A model generated the notes under the pieces. It was given only the letters and a program-made list of their open reading frames with translations, was not told where the DNA came from and made no database searches. This document shows, in pieces, positions 53,979 to 64,000 of a DNA stretch of 64,000 nt. The translations under genes and the position numbers were made by a program. How positions within the stretch are numbered: position 1 is the first letter of the stretch; every line of letters begins with the position of its first letter. This DNA is from Candidatus Peribacteria bacterium (GTDB lineage: Bacteria > Patescibacteriota > Gracilibacteria > UBA1369 > LOWO2-01-FULL-3), in assembly GCA_943358175.1 (NCBI GenBank), contig CALRGV010000006.1, positions 2,607-66,606 on the forward strand, read 5' to 3'.

Positions 53979-54335
53979 CTACCTACTCGCGATTTCTGTC
54001 TGAGTTTGAATATAAACCAGATTATCGGGCTTTCCCATCCTCCGCACTTTTGGAGAGTTTTGAATATTGCTCAACGATCTTGCCTGAGAAATTCTCATAT
54101 TGCTGGCCTCACTTTTCTTAACCAGATTCTGATGCTCGGTTTCCAATTTATCAAGCACGTAGCCCTTAGTGACTTGTCTTGTTGAAAACATCAAAGTAAC
54201 AACCGTCACCAAAGCCACAAACAAAACCAATGAAGAAATAAGAAAATATGGTCCTAAATGAAAATTGCGGATAACCTTATTAAAAAGATTTTTCTGGAAG
54301 GAATCACCGCGATTTAGGATTAGTTGTGACATCAT
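53979..54335 (-). CDS. ftsL: Cell division protein FtsL-like
   Basis: Bitopic protein: TM helix, coiled coil, ...RRMGKPDNLVYI. Lies downstream of rsmH as in dcw clusters. Confidence 0.5.
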   Translation of the reverse strand: MMSQLILNRGDSFQKNLFNKVIRNFHLGPYFLISSLVLFVALVTVVTLMFSTRQVTKGYVLDKLETEHQNLVKKSEASNMRISQARSLSNIQNSPKVRRMGKPDNLVYIQTQTEIASR

Positions 54336-54379
54336 TAAGGGTTAGGAATGAGATTACATGCCCGTACTTAGACGAGCCC

Positions 54380-54397
54380 GCCTGCCGGTAGGCAGGC
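54380..54397. repeat. GC-rich hairpin gcctgcc-ggta-ggcaggc
   Basis: 7-bp perfect stem. The same cctgcc/ggcagg arms occur inside rnpA (18641-18667). A second hairpin, ctcagcgt...acgctgag, lies just downstream. Confidence 0.7.
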
Positions 54398-54503
54398 TCA
54401 GCGTCAGTCGAGGAACCAACGCTGAGAGATACTTTTTGTTTTTATTATTGAGTTAGACTGTATTGACTTATTCGATATTAATTTTCTAGCTGACCGTTGG
54501 CGG

Positions 54504-55472
54504 TCAATTTTTCCACTCTGCTTCCTCTTCAATCACATATTCTTTTATCTTCTTATAAGCTCTCAATTTCGCACTTCTACTTCTAGGGTTTAGGGCAATC
54601 TCTTCATCTGTAGGGGCTACCGGTTTGTTTGTGAGAACTTCCACAATTGGCTCATCAAAATTCTGATAAACGGCCAATTCGAGAGACTTTACGGGTGGCC
54701 TTTCCAAATTCTTAAAGAACTGTTTAACGATGCGATCTTCCAGCGAGTGATAAGACATAATTACAATGCGACCACCAATCTCGAGCAACTCCATCGCCTG
54801 AGACAGAGCTTCCTTCAAGACATTCATTTCATCATTAACTTCTATTCTGATAGATTGAAAAATTCTCGCCGCCGGATTGAAAACCTTACCATGCTTCTTT
54901 ACCGCCAGCACTCTTTCTATGAGTCCGGCTACCTGAAGCGTGGAAGTAAAAGGAGCAACCTTTCTATCTGTACAAATCGCTCGCGCCAATTTGCGGGACA
55001 TCCTTTCTTCACCATAATTGTAGAAAACATTTGCGAGCGCTTCTTCAGAATAAGTATTGATCACGATTTCCGCAGTCAGCTTATTCTTCTGATCAAAACG
55101 CATGTCGAGTGGACCTTCCTTCATAAAGGAAAACCCTCTCTCCGCATCATCCACATGAGGTGAAGACAGACCCAAATCAAACAGAATGGCATCAATCTTT
55201 TTATGTCCGGCACCTATAACCCTACTTTTTAAGTAACGAAAATTATCATTAAGGTAAACAACTTGCTTCTTATAATCCTTCAGTCTCTCCTGCGCTTCCT
55301 TCAGATTCCTTTCATCTTGCTCGAATGCCATCAAAACACCTTTTGGACCTATCTTTTTCAGAATATCGAGGGAATGTCCCCCAAGTCCCAAAGTAGCATC
55401 CACAACCACTTCCCCACTCTTTAGCTCTAAGTACTTTTGCACATCATTCTTCAGTACGGACAAATGCTCCAT
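54504..55472 (-). CDS. rsmH: 16S rRNA (cytosine1402-N4)-methyltransferase
   Basis: HLSVLKNDV..., VDATLGLGGHS, FDLGLSSPHVD, SYHSLEDRIVK. Confidence 0.92.
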   Translation of the reverse strand: MEHLSVLKNDVQKYLELKSGEVVVDATLGLGGHSLDILKKIGPKGVLMAFEQDERNLKEAQERLKDYKKQVVYLNDNFRYLKSRVIGAGHKKIDAILFDLGLSSPHVDDAERGFSFMKEGPLDMRFDQKNKLTAEIVINTYSEEALANVFYNYGEERMSRKLARAICTDRKVAPFTSTLQVAGLIERVLAVKKHGKVFNPAARIFQSIRIEVNDEMNVLKEALSQAMELLEIGGRIVIMSYHSLEDRIVKQFFKNLERPPVKSLELAVYQNFDEPIVEVLTNKPVAPTDEEIALNPRSRSAKLRAYKKIKEYVIEEEAEWKN

Positions 55473-55738
55473 CTTGGCTTAAATTAAAGAAAAAACTTCT
55501 TAAATCAATGATCCTGTGTTCAAAAGTTGTGCACACACTGTGTATAACTTTTTTACACCCAACTTGTCTCTAAAAATAGACAATAACCCTAAGGAGGTCA
55601 AGAATCTTGTAACAAAAACCTATAAAAAATGTATACATAGGCAACACAAAAGTTTGAAAGATGGCTAAAGCATTGCCAAAACTGCCGCACACTTTTCCTG
55701 TTGAACAAAAATAGTTCTATTGTCTACCTTTTTTGAAC

Positions 55739-55765
55739 AACAGCCCGGCCTTAGCCGGGGCATTG
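55739..55765 (+). repeat. 27-nt direct repeat, upstream copy (aacagcccggccttagccggggcattg)
   Basis: Identical to 56308-56334. Contains the hairpin cccggc-ctta-gccggg. The similarity continues degenerately (gccgcaggcg versus gccgaaggcg). Confidence 0.9.
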
Positions 55766-55841
55766 CCCGCCGCAGGCGTAAATAAAATATAAATAAAAAC
55801 CTCCCCTTTACCCAAACCCTCTTTCGTAGTTTAATTAACCC

Positions 55842-56309
55842 ATGTCCCCATACCTCCAAATATTCCTTGCCGGAATGACCCCTTACCTAAACCTCAAATT
55901 GGCCATACCACTAGGTATGAGCATGAATCTACCAATATTAAACGTTCTTTTCTTCGCGTTGGCCGGAGATTTAATTCCAGCCTTGATCATTCTTTACATG
56001 CTAGGCCCTTTTTCAAATTTTTTACGCAGCCGCTCAACAAGATTCGACAATTTAATGGAGAAAATTTTCCACAAAACTCGCCAAGAAAATTTTAATCGCT
56101 TTCACAAATATGGAGCCTGGGGAATAATGCTCTTCATCGCCACACCCCTTCCGGGAAGCGGAAATATCACAGGAGGAATTATGGCCTATGTCTTGGGAAT
56201 AAGTTATTGGAAAACAGCCCTTATCGTAACAGGAGGCAGTATCATCTCCGCAATATTGATTGCCACAGGATTCGGCTCCATAATGGGAGCTTGGAATTAT
56301 TTTTTCTAA
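55842..56309 (+). CDS. Small polytopic membrane protein (COG2426 'small multidrug export'-like)
   Basis: LKLAIPLGMSMNL... and ATPLPGSGNITGGIMAYVLG patterns. 155 aa. Confidence 0.55.
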   Translation: MSPYLQIFLAGMTPYLNLKLAIPLGMSMNLPILNVLFFALAGDLIPALIILYMLGPFSNFLRSRSTRFDNLMEKIFHKTRQENFNRFHKYGAWGIMLFIATPLPGSGNITGGIMAYVLGISYWKTALIVTGGSIISAILIATGFGSIMGAWNYFF

Positions 56310-56334
56310 CAGCCCGGCCTTAGCCGGGGCATTG
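56308..56334 (+). repeat. 27-nt direct repeat, downstream copy
   Basis: Identical to 55739-55765. Overlaps the stop codon of the 55842 gene. Followed by further hairpin modules up to 56401. Confidence 0.9.
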
Positions 56335-56395
56335 GAAAAGCACCAGCCGAAGGCGCAGTGCTCTACCACTCAAAAGTTTTGCAAAGCAAAACACC

Positions 56396-56989
56396 TTATC
56401 CCAATATCAGACCCCCCATCCTCACTATCTCGATTTCACCCCCAACTACTTTCACAATCGTCGAAGGTTTGTTCAAAGGAATTTTCCCGCCATCGACTAC
56501 AAGACCAATCAGGCTCGCTAACTCTCCAAAACTCTCGACATCCGCTTCATACAAAGGCGGCTCGCCGGAAAGATTCGCACTCGTAGTAGTAATAGCAGAA
56601 CCAAAAGCCTTAACTAATTCTCGAGAAAATTTATGATCAGGATACCTTATCCCCACAAACCCCTGCCCTATATTGAAATTTTCCGGCAAATTTTCACTAC
56701 GAGGCACCAAAATAGTCAGTGGCCCCGGCCAGTACTTTTCAGCAAGACCCAGAGCTTTTTCCGAAAACTCACCATATTTCTTTGCCATTTCCAAATCCGC
56801 CACCAAAATACTCACCGGCTTATGCGCATCCCGCCCCTTTAATTTATACAATTTTGCCAAAGCTACAGAATTCCTCACATCCACTGCAAATCCATAGCAA
56901 GTCTCCGTCGGATGCATAACCACGCCACCGGCACGAAGAATTTTCGCCGCCTCAACGACAACCTGTTTGTCAGTCACTTTCAGAATCAT
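56396..56989 (-). CDS. tsaC: L-threonylcarbamoyladenylate synthase (Sua5/YrdC/TsaC family)
   Basis: GGVVMHPTETCYGFAVD, TSANLSGEPP, STIVKV. ATG 56989 is preferred to the track start at 57025. Confidence 0.85.
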   Translation of the reverse strand: MILKVTDKQVVVEAAKILRAGGVVMHPTETCYGFAVDVRNSVALAKLYKLKGRDAHKPVSILVADLEMAKKYGEFSEKALGLAEKYWPGPLTILVPRSENLPENFNIGQGFVGIRYPDHKFSRELVKAFGSAITTTSANLSGEPPLYEADVESFGELASLIGLVVDGGKIPLNKPSTIVKVVGGEIEIVRMGGLILG

Positions 56990-57239
56990 TAACAAAATTA
57001 TACATAAAAATCTCAAACAGCACACTTGTCAAAAAGTATAAAATATTGCACTCACATCTGCACGCACAGACTTTTTACTCGTTTTTTTGGCTCATTCAAG
57101 CCATTCAAGTTTTTACCAATCAATCTTGCAAACTTCACCATTTCCATCGCTATTTTGTTATGACATTTACTATAGCCAAAGCTTGCACCAAAAAAAATTT
57201 TCATTTTCCACAAAAAAAGTTATACTGCTGCCGACCTAA

Positions 57240-58289
<1,050 letters not shown>

Positions 58290-58295
58290 CAATCC

Positions 58296-58362
58296 GAGCG
58301 CACGGCGCGAGGGCGCAGTGAGGCGAAAAATCTGGCTTTGCCAGTTTTGAGCCGATCGAAGC
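58296..58362 (+). repeat. GC-rich ~65-nt repeat, copy B4 (hrcA leader)
   Basis: About three-quarters identical by hand alignment to 59193-59258. Shared core atctggct(t/c)tgccagtt with hairpin ctggc/gccag. Confidence 0.75.
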
Positions 58363-58377
58363 TTATCAAAAGAGCCC

Positions 58378-59097
58378 ATGTCCGAAGAACGCAAAAAAAA
58401 GGTACTACAAGCCATCATCAATCATTTTGTTGAAACTGCCGAACCGGTAGGATCAAACACGATTCTCGTCAGCTATCAATTCCACGTATCACCTGCAACT
58501 ATTCGCAATGACATGATGACTTTGGAAGAAGAAGGTTATATTTATCAGCCTCACACTTCCGCCGGTCGCATTCCTACAGACAAGGGCTATCGTCTCTTTG
58601 TCGACGAAATGGCCGACTACAAAACCGCCCGCCTGGAAGCCCTACACGACCTCATAACAATTCGCGAAAAATATCGCATCGAAAAAGTCCGCGAAAAACT
58701 CTATGACGCTGTTTCGCTGATAGCACGCGCTACAAATTCCGTCAGTTTTGCAACCACACCGGACAACCCTCACACATTTTTTCTCGGCATGTCGAATGTT
58801 CTCCGCCAGCCAGAGTTCTCCCAGAATAGCGTTCATGCCAGCGAAGTGATGGAAGTACTGGAACACGGCGATAATTTTGTAAACACGCTAGCCTCACTTG
58901 ATATCAACGATAGCGCGCGCACCTTTATCGGTGAAGAAAATATTCTACCTCAAATTCAAAGTTGCAGTATTATCGTAACTAAATATGAAAACGAAGGATA
59001 CAAAGGCTATCTCGGAATCCTCGGCCCAAAACGTATGGGCTATGCCTACAATATCGTTCTCTTGGAAGAAATTAAGAAACTTTTAACTAATAAATAA
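58378..59097 (+). CDS. hrcA: Heat-inducible transcription repressor HrcA (compact, 239 aa)
   Basis: N-terminal wHTH ([13 protein letters not shown]...[35 protein letters not shown]) and C-terminal [14 protein letters not shown]. About 100 aa shorter than usual HrcA. Confidence 0.85.
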   Translation: MSEERKKKVLQAIINHFVETAEPVGSNTILVSYQFHVSPATIRNDMMTLEEEGYIYQPHTSAGRIPTDKGYRLFVDEMADYKTARLEALHDLITIREKYRIEKVREKLYDAVSLIARATNSVSFATTPDNPHTFFLGMSNVLRQPEFSQNSVHASEVMEVLEHGDNFVNTLASLDINDSARTFIGEENILPQIQSCSIIVTKYENEGYKGYLGILGPKRMGYAYNIVLLEEIKKLLTNK

Positions 59098-59098
59098 T

Positions 59099-59707
59099 AT
59101 GGCGGACGACAAGAACAATCAGGACGAACCGGTAGACGATTTGGCTCAAAAACTCGCTGAAGCAAAGAAGAAGGCTAATCAAGAAAAAATGCGAGCACAC
59201 GGTGCGAGCGCGAAGACTGAGGACGAATCTGGCTCTGCCAGTTCGGACGAAGTCGAGCCTACAAAAGAAGATGAATTGGCTACACTCCGCGCTGAACTCG
59301 AAAGTATGACCGAGCTTGCGAAGCGCACCATGGCCGATTTTCAAAACTTCAAACGCCGCCAAGACGAAGAACGTCGCGTAATTATCACAATGGCAAATGT
59401 AGATTTAATTCGCTCACTAATTCCAATTACCGATAATCTCGACCGCGCCAAACAACACATTCCTGCAGGTGCGGAAACATGGTTTAAAGGCATAGAAATG
59501 TGCACAGCTCAGCTACACAAAACCTTAAACGATTCCGGCCTCAAACCAATCGAATCCCTCAATCAACCTTTCAATCCAGACCTTCACGAAGGCCTAGCTC
59601 AAGGCCCGGGAGCAAAAGACACCGTCATCGAAGAACTCGAAAAAGGTTACATCCTGGGCGATCGCGTAATCCGACATGCAAAAGTTAAAGTAGGAAATGG
59701 CGAATAA
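59099..59707 (+). CDS. grpE: Nucleotide exchange factor GrpE
   Basis: DFQNFKRRQDEE, LIPITDNLDRA, HEGLAQ, GYILGDRVIRHAKV. Confidence 0.88.
   Translation: MADDKNNQDEPVDDLAQKLAEAKKKANQEKMRAHGASAKTEDESGSASSDEVEPTKEDELATLRAELESMTELAKRTMADFQNFKRRQDEERRVIITMANVDLIRSLIPITDNLDRAKQHIPAGAETWFKGIEMCTAQLHKTLNDSGLKPIESLNQPFNPDLHEGLAQGPGAKDTVIEELEKGYILGDRVIRHAKVKVGNGE
59193..59258 (+). repeat. GC-rich ~65-nt repeat, copy B5, in frame inside grpE
   Basis: Encodes RAHGASAKTEDESGSASSDEVE in the disordered GrpE N-terminus. Homologous to the non-coding copy at 58296-58362. Confidence 0.75.
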
Positions 59708-59715
59708 AAAAACTC

Positions 59716-59756
59716 TTGACCACCCGTCGTTAGCACTCTATAATCATGAGTGCTAG
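59716..59756 (+). promoter_or_regulatory. Consensus promoter (TTGACC-N17-TATAAT) with embedded CIRCE operator upstream of dnaK
   Basis: TTAGCACTC-tataatcat-GAGTGCTAG (59730-59756). The -10 hexamer is the first 6 nt of the CIRCE spacer. Confidence 0.8.
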
Positions 59757-59784
59757 TAATTTTAAATCGTTAACTAAATATAAT

Positions 59785-61743
59785 ATGGCTAAAATCATTG
59801 GAATCGATCTAGGTACTACAAATTCTTGCGTCTCCGTCATGGAAGGTGGAGAACCAATTGTAATTGCAAACATTGAAGGAGGACGCACTACGCCATCCGT
59901 AGTCGCAATTAAAAATGGTGAACGCCGTGTTGGTGTTGCTGCAAAAAATCAGGCCGCTACGAATCCGGAAAACACAATTTATTCAGCTAAACGTTTCATC
60001 GGCCGTCAATTCGACGAATGCGCCGAAGATATAAAAAAAGTTTCTTATCAATGCGTAAAAGGCAAAAACGGCGAAGTGGAAATTATGCTTGATGGCAAAG
60101 AAAGACCACCGGCGGAAATCGCCGCTATGGTTCTACAAAAATTAAAAGCTGACGCGGAAGCTTTCCTTGGCTATGAAGTAAAAGAAGCAGTCATCACCGT
60201 TCCGGCTTACTTCAATGATGCTCAAAGACAAGCCACAAAAGACGCAGGTAAAATCGCCGGACTGGACGTAAAAAGAATTATTAACGAACCAACTGCCGCT
60301 GCTCTCGCCTACGGTCTCGACAAAAAAGGTGGCGACAAAAAAATCGCCGTCTTCGATCTTGGTGGTGGTACTTTTGATGTTTCCATTCTTGAAATCGGTG
60401 GTGGTGTTTTCCAAGTAAAATCCACCAATGGTAATACTCAATTGGGTGGTGACGATTTTGATAGAAAAATTATGGATTGGATTATTGCCGAGTTCAAAAA
60501 GGAACAAGGAATTGATGTTTCAAAAGACAAGCTTGCAATTCAACGTATCAAGGAAGCTGCAGAGAAAGCCAAAATCGAGCTTTCAAGCTTACATGAAACA
60601 ACTATCAGTCTTCCATACTTAACTATGGATGCCAACGGTCCGAAAAATTTTGAAACCAAACTTTCCCGCTCAAAACTGGAAGATCTTACCGCAGATTTAA
60701 TCAATGCCTGTGAAGAACCTTGCCGCAAAGCAATGAAGGATTCCGGCTTGTTTGAGAGCGATATTGACGAAGTAATTCTCGTGGGTGGTTCTACTCGTAT
60801 GCCGGCCGTGCAAGCAAAAGTAAAAGAAATTTTCGGCAAAGAACCAACTCGTGGTGCCAATCCGGATGAAGTGGTAGCTCTAGGTGCCGGTATCCAAGGA
60901 GGAATTCTCCAAGGCGATAGCAACGTAAAAGACATCTTGCTAGTAGACGTGACTCCCCTATCTCTCGGCATCGAAACTCTCGGTGGCGTGAGCACAGTAA
61001 TGATCGAAAGAAATTCTGCAATTCCTACAAGCAAATCTCAAGTGTTTTCTACTGCCGCTGACAATCAACCTTCGGTAGAAGTGCATATCACACAAGGTGA
61101 ACGTCCAATGGCCGCCGACAATAAAGATCTCGGCAAATTTACTCTTGATGGAATACCTCCTTCCCCTCGTGGCGTACCACAGATTGAAGTGACTCTCGAT
61201 ATCGATTCAAACGGAATTTTGAATGTAAAAGCGAAAGACAAAGGCACTGGTAAAGAACAACACATTACTATTACCGGTAGCAGCAATATGAGCAAAGACG
61301 ATATTGAAAAGATGAAACAGGAAGCGGAGAAATTTGCCGAAGAAGACAAAAAGAAGAAAGAAACTATCGAAGTGAGAAACAAAGCCGAATCTCTAATTTT
61401 CCAATCTGAAAAAACCCTAAAAGACGCCGGCGAAAAAGTAAGCGACGCCATCAAAAAACCAGTCCAAGACAAAATCGCTGATTTGAAAAAAGTAATGGAA
61501 AACAAAGACGCCACAAACGAAGAAATCAACAAAGCATATGACGTGCTTAGCGATGAAATCCAGAAGGTGGGGGCGGAGATGTACAAGAACGCTGGTCCTG
61601 CTGCAGGTGCACCGGGTGCTGATACCGGAGCCGCAGATGGCACCTCCGACGACGGCGTAAAAGTCTACCCAAAGGATGAAAAAAAATCGGATGAGCCAGT
61701 GGAGGCGGAAGTGGTGGATGAAAAAGATAAGAAGAAAGAATAA
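59785..61743 (+). CDS. dnaK: Chaperone DnaK (Hsp70)
   Basis: [33 protein letters not shown]. The track start 59746 lies inside the CIRCE/promoter; ATG 59785 fits the family. Confidence 0.95.
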   Translation: MAKIIGIDLGTTNSCVSVMEGGEPIVIANIEGGRTTPSVVAIKNGERRVGVAAKNQAATNPENTIYSAKRFIGRQFDECAEDIKKVSYQCVKGKNGEVEIMLDGKERPPAEIAAMVLQKLKADAEAFLGYEVKEAVITVPAYFNDAQRQATKDAGKIAGLDVKRIINEPTAAALAYGLDKKGGDKKIAVFDLGGGTFDVSILEIGGGVFQVKSTNGNTQLGGDDFDRKIMDWIIAEFKKEQGIDVSKDKLAIQRIKEAAEKAKIELSSLHETTISLPYLTMDANGPKNFETKLSRSKLEDLTADLINACEEPCRKAMKDSGLFESDIDEVILVGGSTRMPAVQAKVKEIFGKEPTRGANPDEVVALGAGIQGGILQGDSNVKDILLVDVTPLSLGIETLGGVSTVMIERNSAIPTSKSQVFSTAADNQPSVEVHITQGERPMAADNKDLGKFTLDGIPPSPRGVPQIEVTLDIDSNGILNVKAKDKGTGKEQHITITGSSNMSKDDIEKMKQEAEKFAEEDKKKKETIEVRNKAESLIFQSEKTLKDAGEKVSDAIKKPVQDKIADLKKVMENKDATNEEINKAYDVLSDEIQKVGAEMYKNAGPAAGAPGADTGAADGTSDDGVKVYPKDEKKSDEPVEAEVVDEKDKKKE

Positions 61744-61757
61744 ATCAAAATTAACCA

Positions 61758-62384
61758 ATGTCCTACATCCCCCTAATCATCACCGTCACCCTAATTCATC
61801 TCTTGGCTGTCATCAGCCCGGGGCCGGATTTTATCATGTGCGTGCGCAACGCCCTCACCTATTCACGCAAAACCGGCATCTACACAGCAATCGGTTTCGG
61901 CGCCGGTATCTCCGTACATATTTTCTACTGCTTAGCAGGACTAGCATTAGTCATCTCCAAATCCATCCTCATTTTCAACACCATCAAGCTCCTCGGCGCA
62001 GCCTACTTAATCTACATCGGCGTAAAATCCATCTTATCAAAGTCATCCGTCTTAGAAGTCGGCCAAGAAACTAAAAAAGAAGACATTTCGGCCCTTTCCG
62101 CAATCAAAATTGGTTTCTTAACAAACGCCTTAAATCCCAAAGCCACACTGTTCTTTTTAAGCTTATTCACAATGGTAATTTCGCCAGAAACTCCAGGTTC
62201 AATTCTGGCAATCATGAGCATTATCATGATAGCAAATACCATCATTTGGTTCAGTCTGGTTTCAATCTTTTTCACTCACAAAAAAATCCAAAGGGTTTTC
62301 GAGAAATCCCAAAATATTTTCAATAAGACTTTAGGCGGACTACTAATCGCCCTTGGCGTTAAAGTAGCAGTGAGCGAAAAGTAG
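61758..62384 (+). CDS. LysE/RhtB-family amino-acid exporter
   Basis: HLLAVISPGPDF N-terminal motif; 6 TM helices; 208 aa. Confidence 0.78.
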   Translation: MSYIPLIITVTLIHLLAVISPGPDFIMCVRNALTYSRKTGIYTAIGFGAGISVHIFYCLAGLALVISKSILIFNTIKLLGAAYLIYIGVKSILSKSSVLEVGQETKKEDISALSAIKIGFLTNALNPKATLFFLSLFTMVISPETPGSILAIMSIIMIANTIIWFSLVSIFFTHKKIQRVFEKSQNIFNKTLGGLLIALGVKVAVSEK

Positions 62385-62389
62385 AATAA

Positions 62390-62941
62390 CTACTTCCATA
62401 TCCAAGAGTTCAGTGTTTCACTAAGAAAATCCTTGGCTCGACCGTTTGTAGTAATAATCACCTGAAGTTGATGATTCGGTGAAATAGTTATCAATTGCTC
62501 TGCGTCGCGTGACGAATCTTTTGGATTTATCTCACGAACAATAATACCAGGTTCACCATCAATAGTAATATCATTTATCGTACTGCCATCAATCTTATCC
62601 GGAAGCGCGCCTTTGTTATTAGTAATTTCATAAGAACTAAAATCAGAAATCGTTATAGTTCCGACGGGCTCACCTGTCAAAGTTTTATTGAAATTAATTT
62701 TATCGTCCGATATTGTTTCAGCACTAATTTCCGGAGAGATAAAAAATGCAAATTGATACTTTGGATGTTTCCAAACCAAACGCTCAGTCCCCGGCTCAGG
62801 AGCCTCTTCCTGCCTTGCTAACATTTCAGCGGCAATACGCGCTTTCTCAGCTTCAATAAAAGCAATTTCAGACTTTGAACCACAACCAACACCAAGTAAA
62901 GTTATGACTGAAAGAGATAATAATGTAATGATTTTTTTCAT
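62390..62941 (-). CDS. Lipoprotein of unknown function
   Basis: MKKIITLLSLSVITLLGVGCGS lipobox from ATG 62941. Confidence 0.55.
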   Translation of the reverse strand: MKKIITLLSLSVITLLGVGCGSKSEIAFIEAEKARIAAEMLARQEEAPEPGTERLVWKHPKYQFAFFISPEISAETISDDKINFNKTLTGEPVGTITISDFSSYEITNNKGALPDKIDGSTINDITIDGEPGIIVREINPKDSSRDAEQLITISPNHQLQVIITTNGRAKDFLSETLNSWIWK

Positions 62942-63035
62942 ATTGAATTCACTATAACACAATTTATTTTTTACAAAAACTTTTATTAATTAAACCTGGT
63001 AATATATAATAAAGACCAATTTTAACCCGAATAAT

Positions 63036-63449
63036 ATGGCAACCACAATCACGGTAGAAACTACAATAAACGCCCCAATCGAAAAAGTTTGGAAAACTTG
63101 GACTACTCCGGAAGATATTATGCAATGGAACAACGCCTCCGATGATTGGCATACCCCAAAAGCCGAAAACGACCTCAGCGTCGGCGGCAAATTCAGCTAC
63201 ATCATGGCCGCAAAAGATGGAAGTTTCAGCTTTGATTTCAACGGTATCTACAGTGAAGTAAAAACCAACGAACTAATCTCCTACGCCATTGAAGACGGCA
63301 GAAAAGTGAAAATAACCTTTGTCAGCAAAGATAATCAAACAATAGTCACAGAAAGCTTCGAAGCCGAAGAAACCAACCCCGTTGAACTGCAAAAAAACGG
63401 TTGGCAAGCTATTTTGGATAATTTCAAGAAACACACCGAAGCCGTATAG
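63036..63449 (+). CDS. SRPBCC-superfamily protein (AHSA1/Aha1-like domain)
   Basis: INAPIEKVWKTWTTPEDIMQWN...DLSVGGKFSY...FDFNGIYSEV pattern. 137 aa. Confidence 0.72.
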   Translation: MATTITVETTINAPIEKVWKTWTTPEDIMQWNNASDDWHTPKAENDLSVGGKFSYIMAAKDGSFSFDFNGIYSEVKTNELISYAIEDGRKVKITFVSKDNQTIVTESFEAEETNPVELQKNGWQAILDNFKKHTEAV

Positions 63450-63454
63450 CATTA

Positions 63455-64000
63455 TTATGCCTTCCGACCATTTTCAATTAACCCATCCACTTTTACCTTT
63501 TGAAAATAAAGAAAAAGTATTGGCAAAATGATCAGGAACAAGAACCAAAGATTTTCCACTTCCGTGATAAAGTAGCTAGCCACAGCCATAAATAAGCACA
63601 ACAAAAACCTTCCCAAAGAAAAATTAATTTCACGATGAATTGTAAAGAAAGCAGTATTCGTAACTTTCCCGTAAGAATAAAAATAAGAATCGAAAGTAGA
63701 TTGCAAAGCCGATTCGGAAAATGAATACAAAGACTGAGCGGTATAAACAAAAATCAACGGATGAAAAAACAGCAAAGCAAAGCGCAATAAGGACGACACA
63801 GCCTCAGCAACTATAGAATAGCTCAATAAAGATTTTCGATGTTTTTTATCAAAAAGATGCCCAACCAAAACCATAATTACAGCAGAGATTGCTGAAGTTA
63901 TAGTCATGATAGACCCAAGCTGAAAGAAATCTTCATTACCAAGCAAAAGGAAAAACAAAAGCGGCCACATCAGATAAGAAACCGCATTATTCATTCCATC
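63455..64000 (-). CDS. Polytopic membrane protein, probably the C-terminal half of an MFS-type transporter (5-prime end beyond window)
   Basis: The reading frame stays open to nt 64000. About 6 hydrophobic helices. No decisive motif. Confidence 0.4.
   Translation of the reverse strand, partial: DGMNNAVSYLMWPLLFFLLLGNEDFFQLGSIMTITSAISAVIMVLVGHLFDKKHRKSLLSYSIVAEAVSSLLRFALLFFHPLIFVYTAQSLYSFSESALQSTFDSYFYSYGKVTNTAFFTIHREINFSLGRFLLCLFMAVASYFITEVENLWFLFLIILPILFLYFQKVKVDGLIENGRKA

Noticed and set aside
55665-56636. Track ORFs 55665-55859(-), 56332-56586(+) and 56358-56636(+) in or next to repeat-rich spacers.
   Set aside because: They run across hairpin repeats, or antisense to tsaC and the membrane-protein gene. 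They have low-complexity composition and no motifs, so they are shadow ORFs.
58378-59097. HrcA as a truncated pseudogene (239 aa versus about 340 aa).
   Set aside because: Both the N-terminal wHTH and the extreme C-terminal family motif ([14 protein letters not shown]) are present in one frame, and grpE starts 2 nt after the stop. It looks like an internal deletion or compact variant rather than a truncation.

Overview
AT-rich, gene-dense chromosomal window on the standard genetic code: TGA is used as a stop and conserved genes read through intact. Start codons almost never have a Shine-Dalgarno sequence. Gene content and style (SLH-anchored and orphan proteins, compact housekeeping genes) suggest an uncultivated CPR/Patescibacteria-like, possibly Peregrinibacteria-like, bacterium; this is inference only.

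Most of the window is housekeeping:
- purL(partial)-purQ, ftsK, two DD-carboxypeptidases, an O-antigen-ligase-like protein, gltX
- pta and ackA, separated by an EF-Tu-domain-2-like ORF
- rpmH-rnpA-yidC-jag and tRNA-Glu(UUC)
- a Nudix hydrolase and a cysteine desulfurase
- aguB-aguA, then class II RNR nrdJ with tandem NrdR-like boxes
- comEC, an LCP protein, a pseudouridine synthase, mraY
- an ECF sigma factor with a FecR-type partner
- fbaB-gap-fbp, rsmH-ftsL, tsaC, a second gap
- hrcA-grpE-dnaK with two CIRCE operators

Three things stand out:
1. A co-directional block at 23324-28325. It encodes a 1253-aa protein ending in a RelA/SpoT-type nucleotide pyrophosphokinase domain, then a 91-aa ORF, an HD-type small alarmone hydrolase and a 100-aa ORF. 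A Nudix hydrolase follows behind its own promoter. This looks like a delivered alarmone-synthetase toxin with hydrolase or immunity partners.
2. A mini-ORF with 9 Met in 18 codons, followed by a hairpin and U-run, directly upstream of a homocysteine S-methyltransferase gene. This is a candidate ribosome-mediated methionine attenuator.
3. Families of modular GC-rich or long palindromic repeats. One has conserved internal loops but covarying stems at two convergent gene junctions. Others are inserted in frame in grpE and rnpA, or flank a small membrane-protein gene.

No CRISPR array, rRNA, transposase or integrase was seen.
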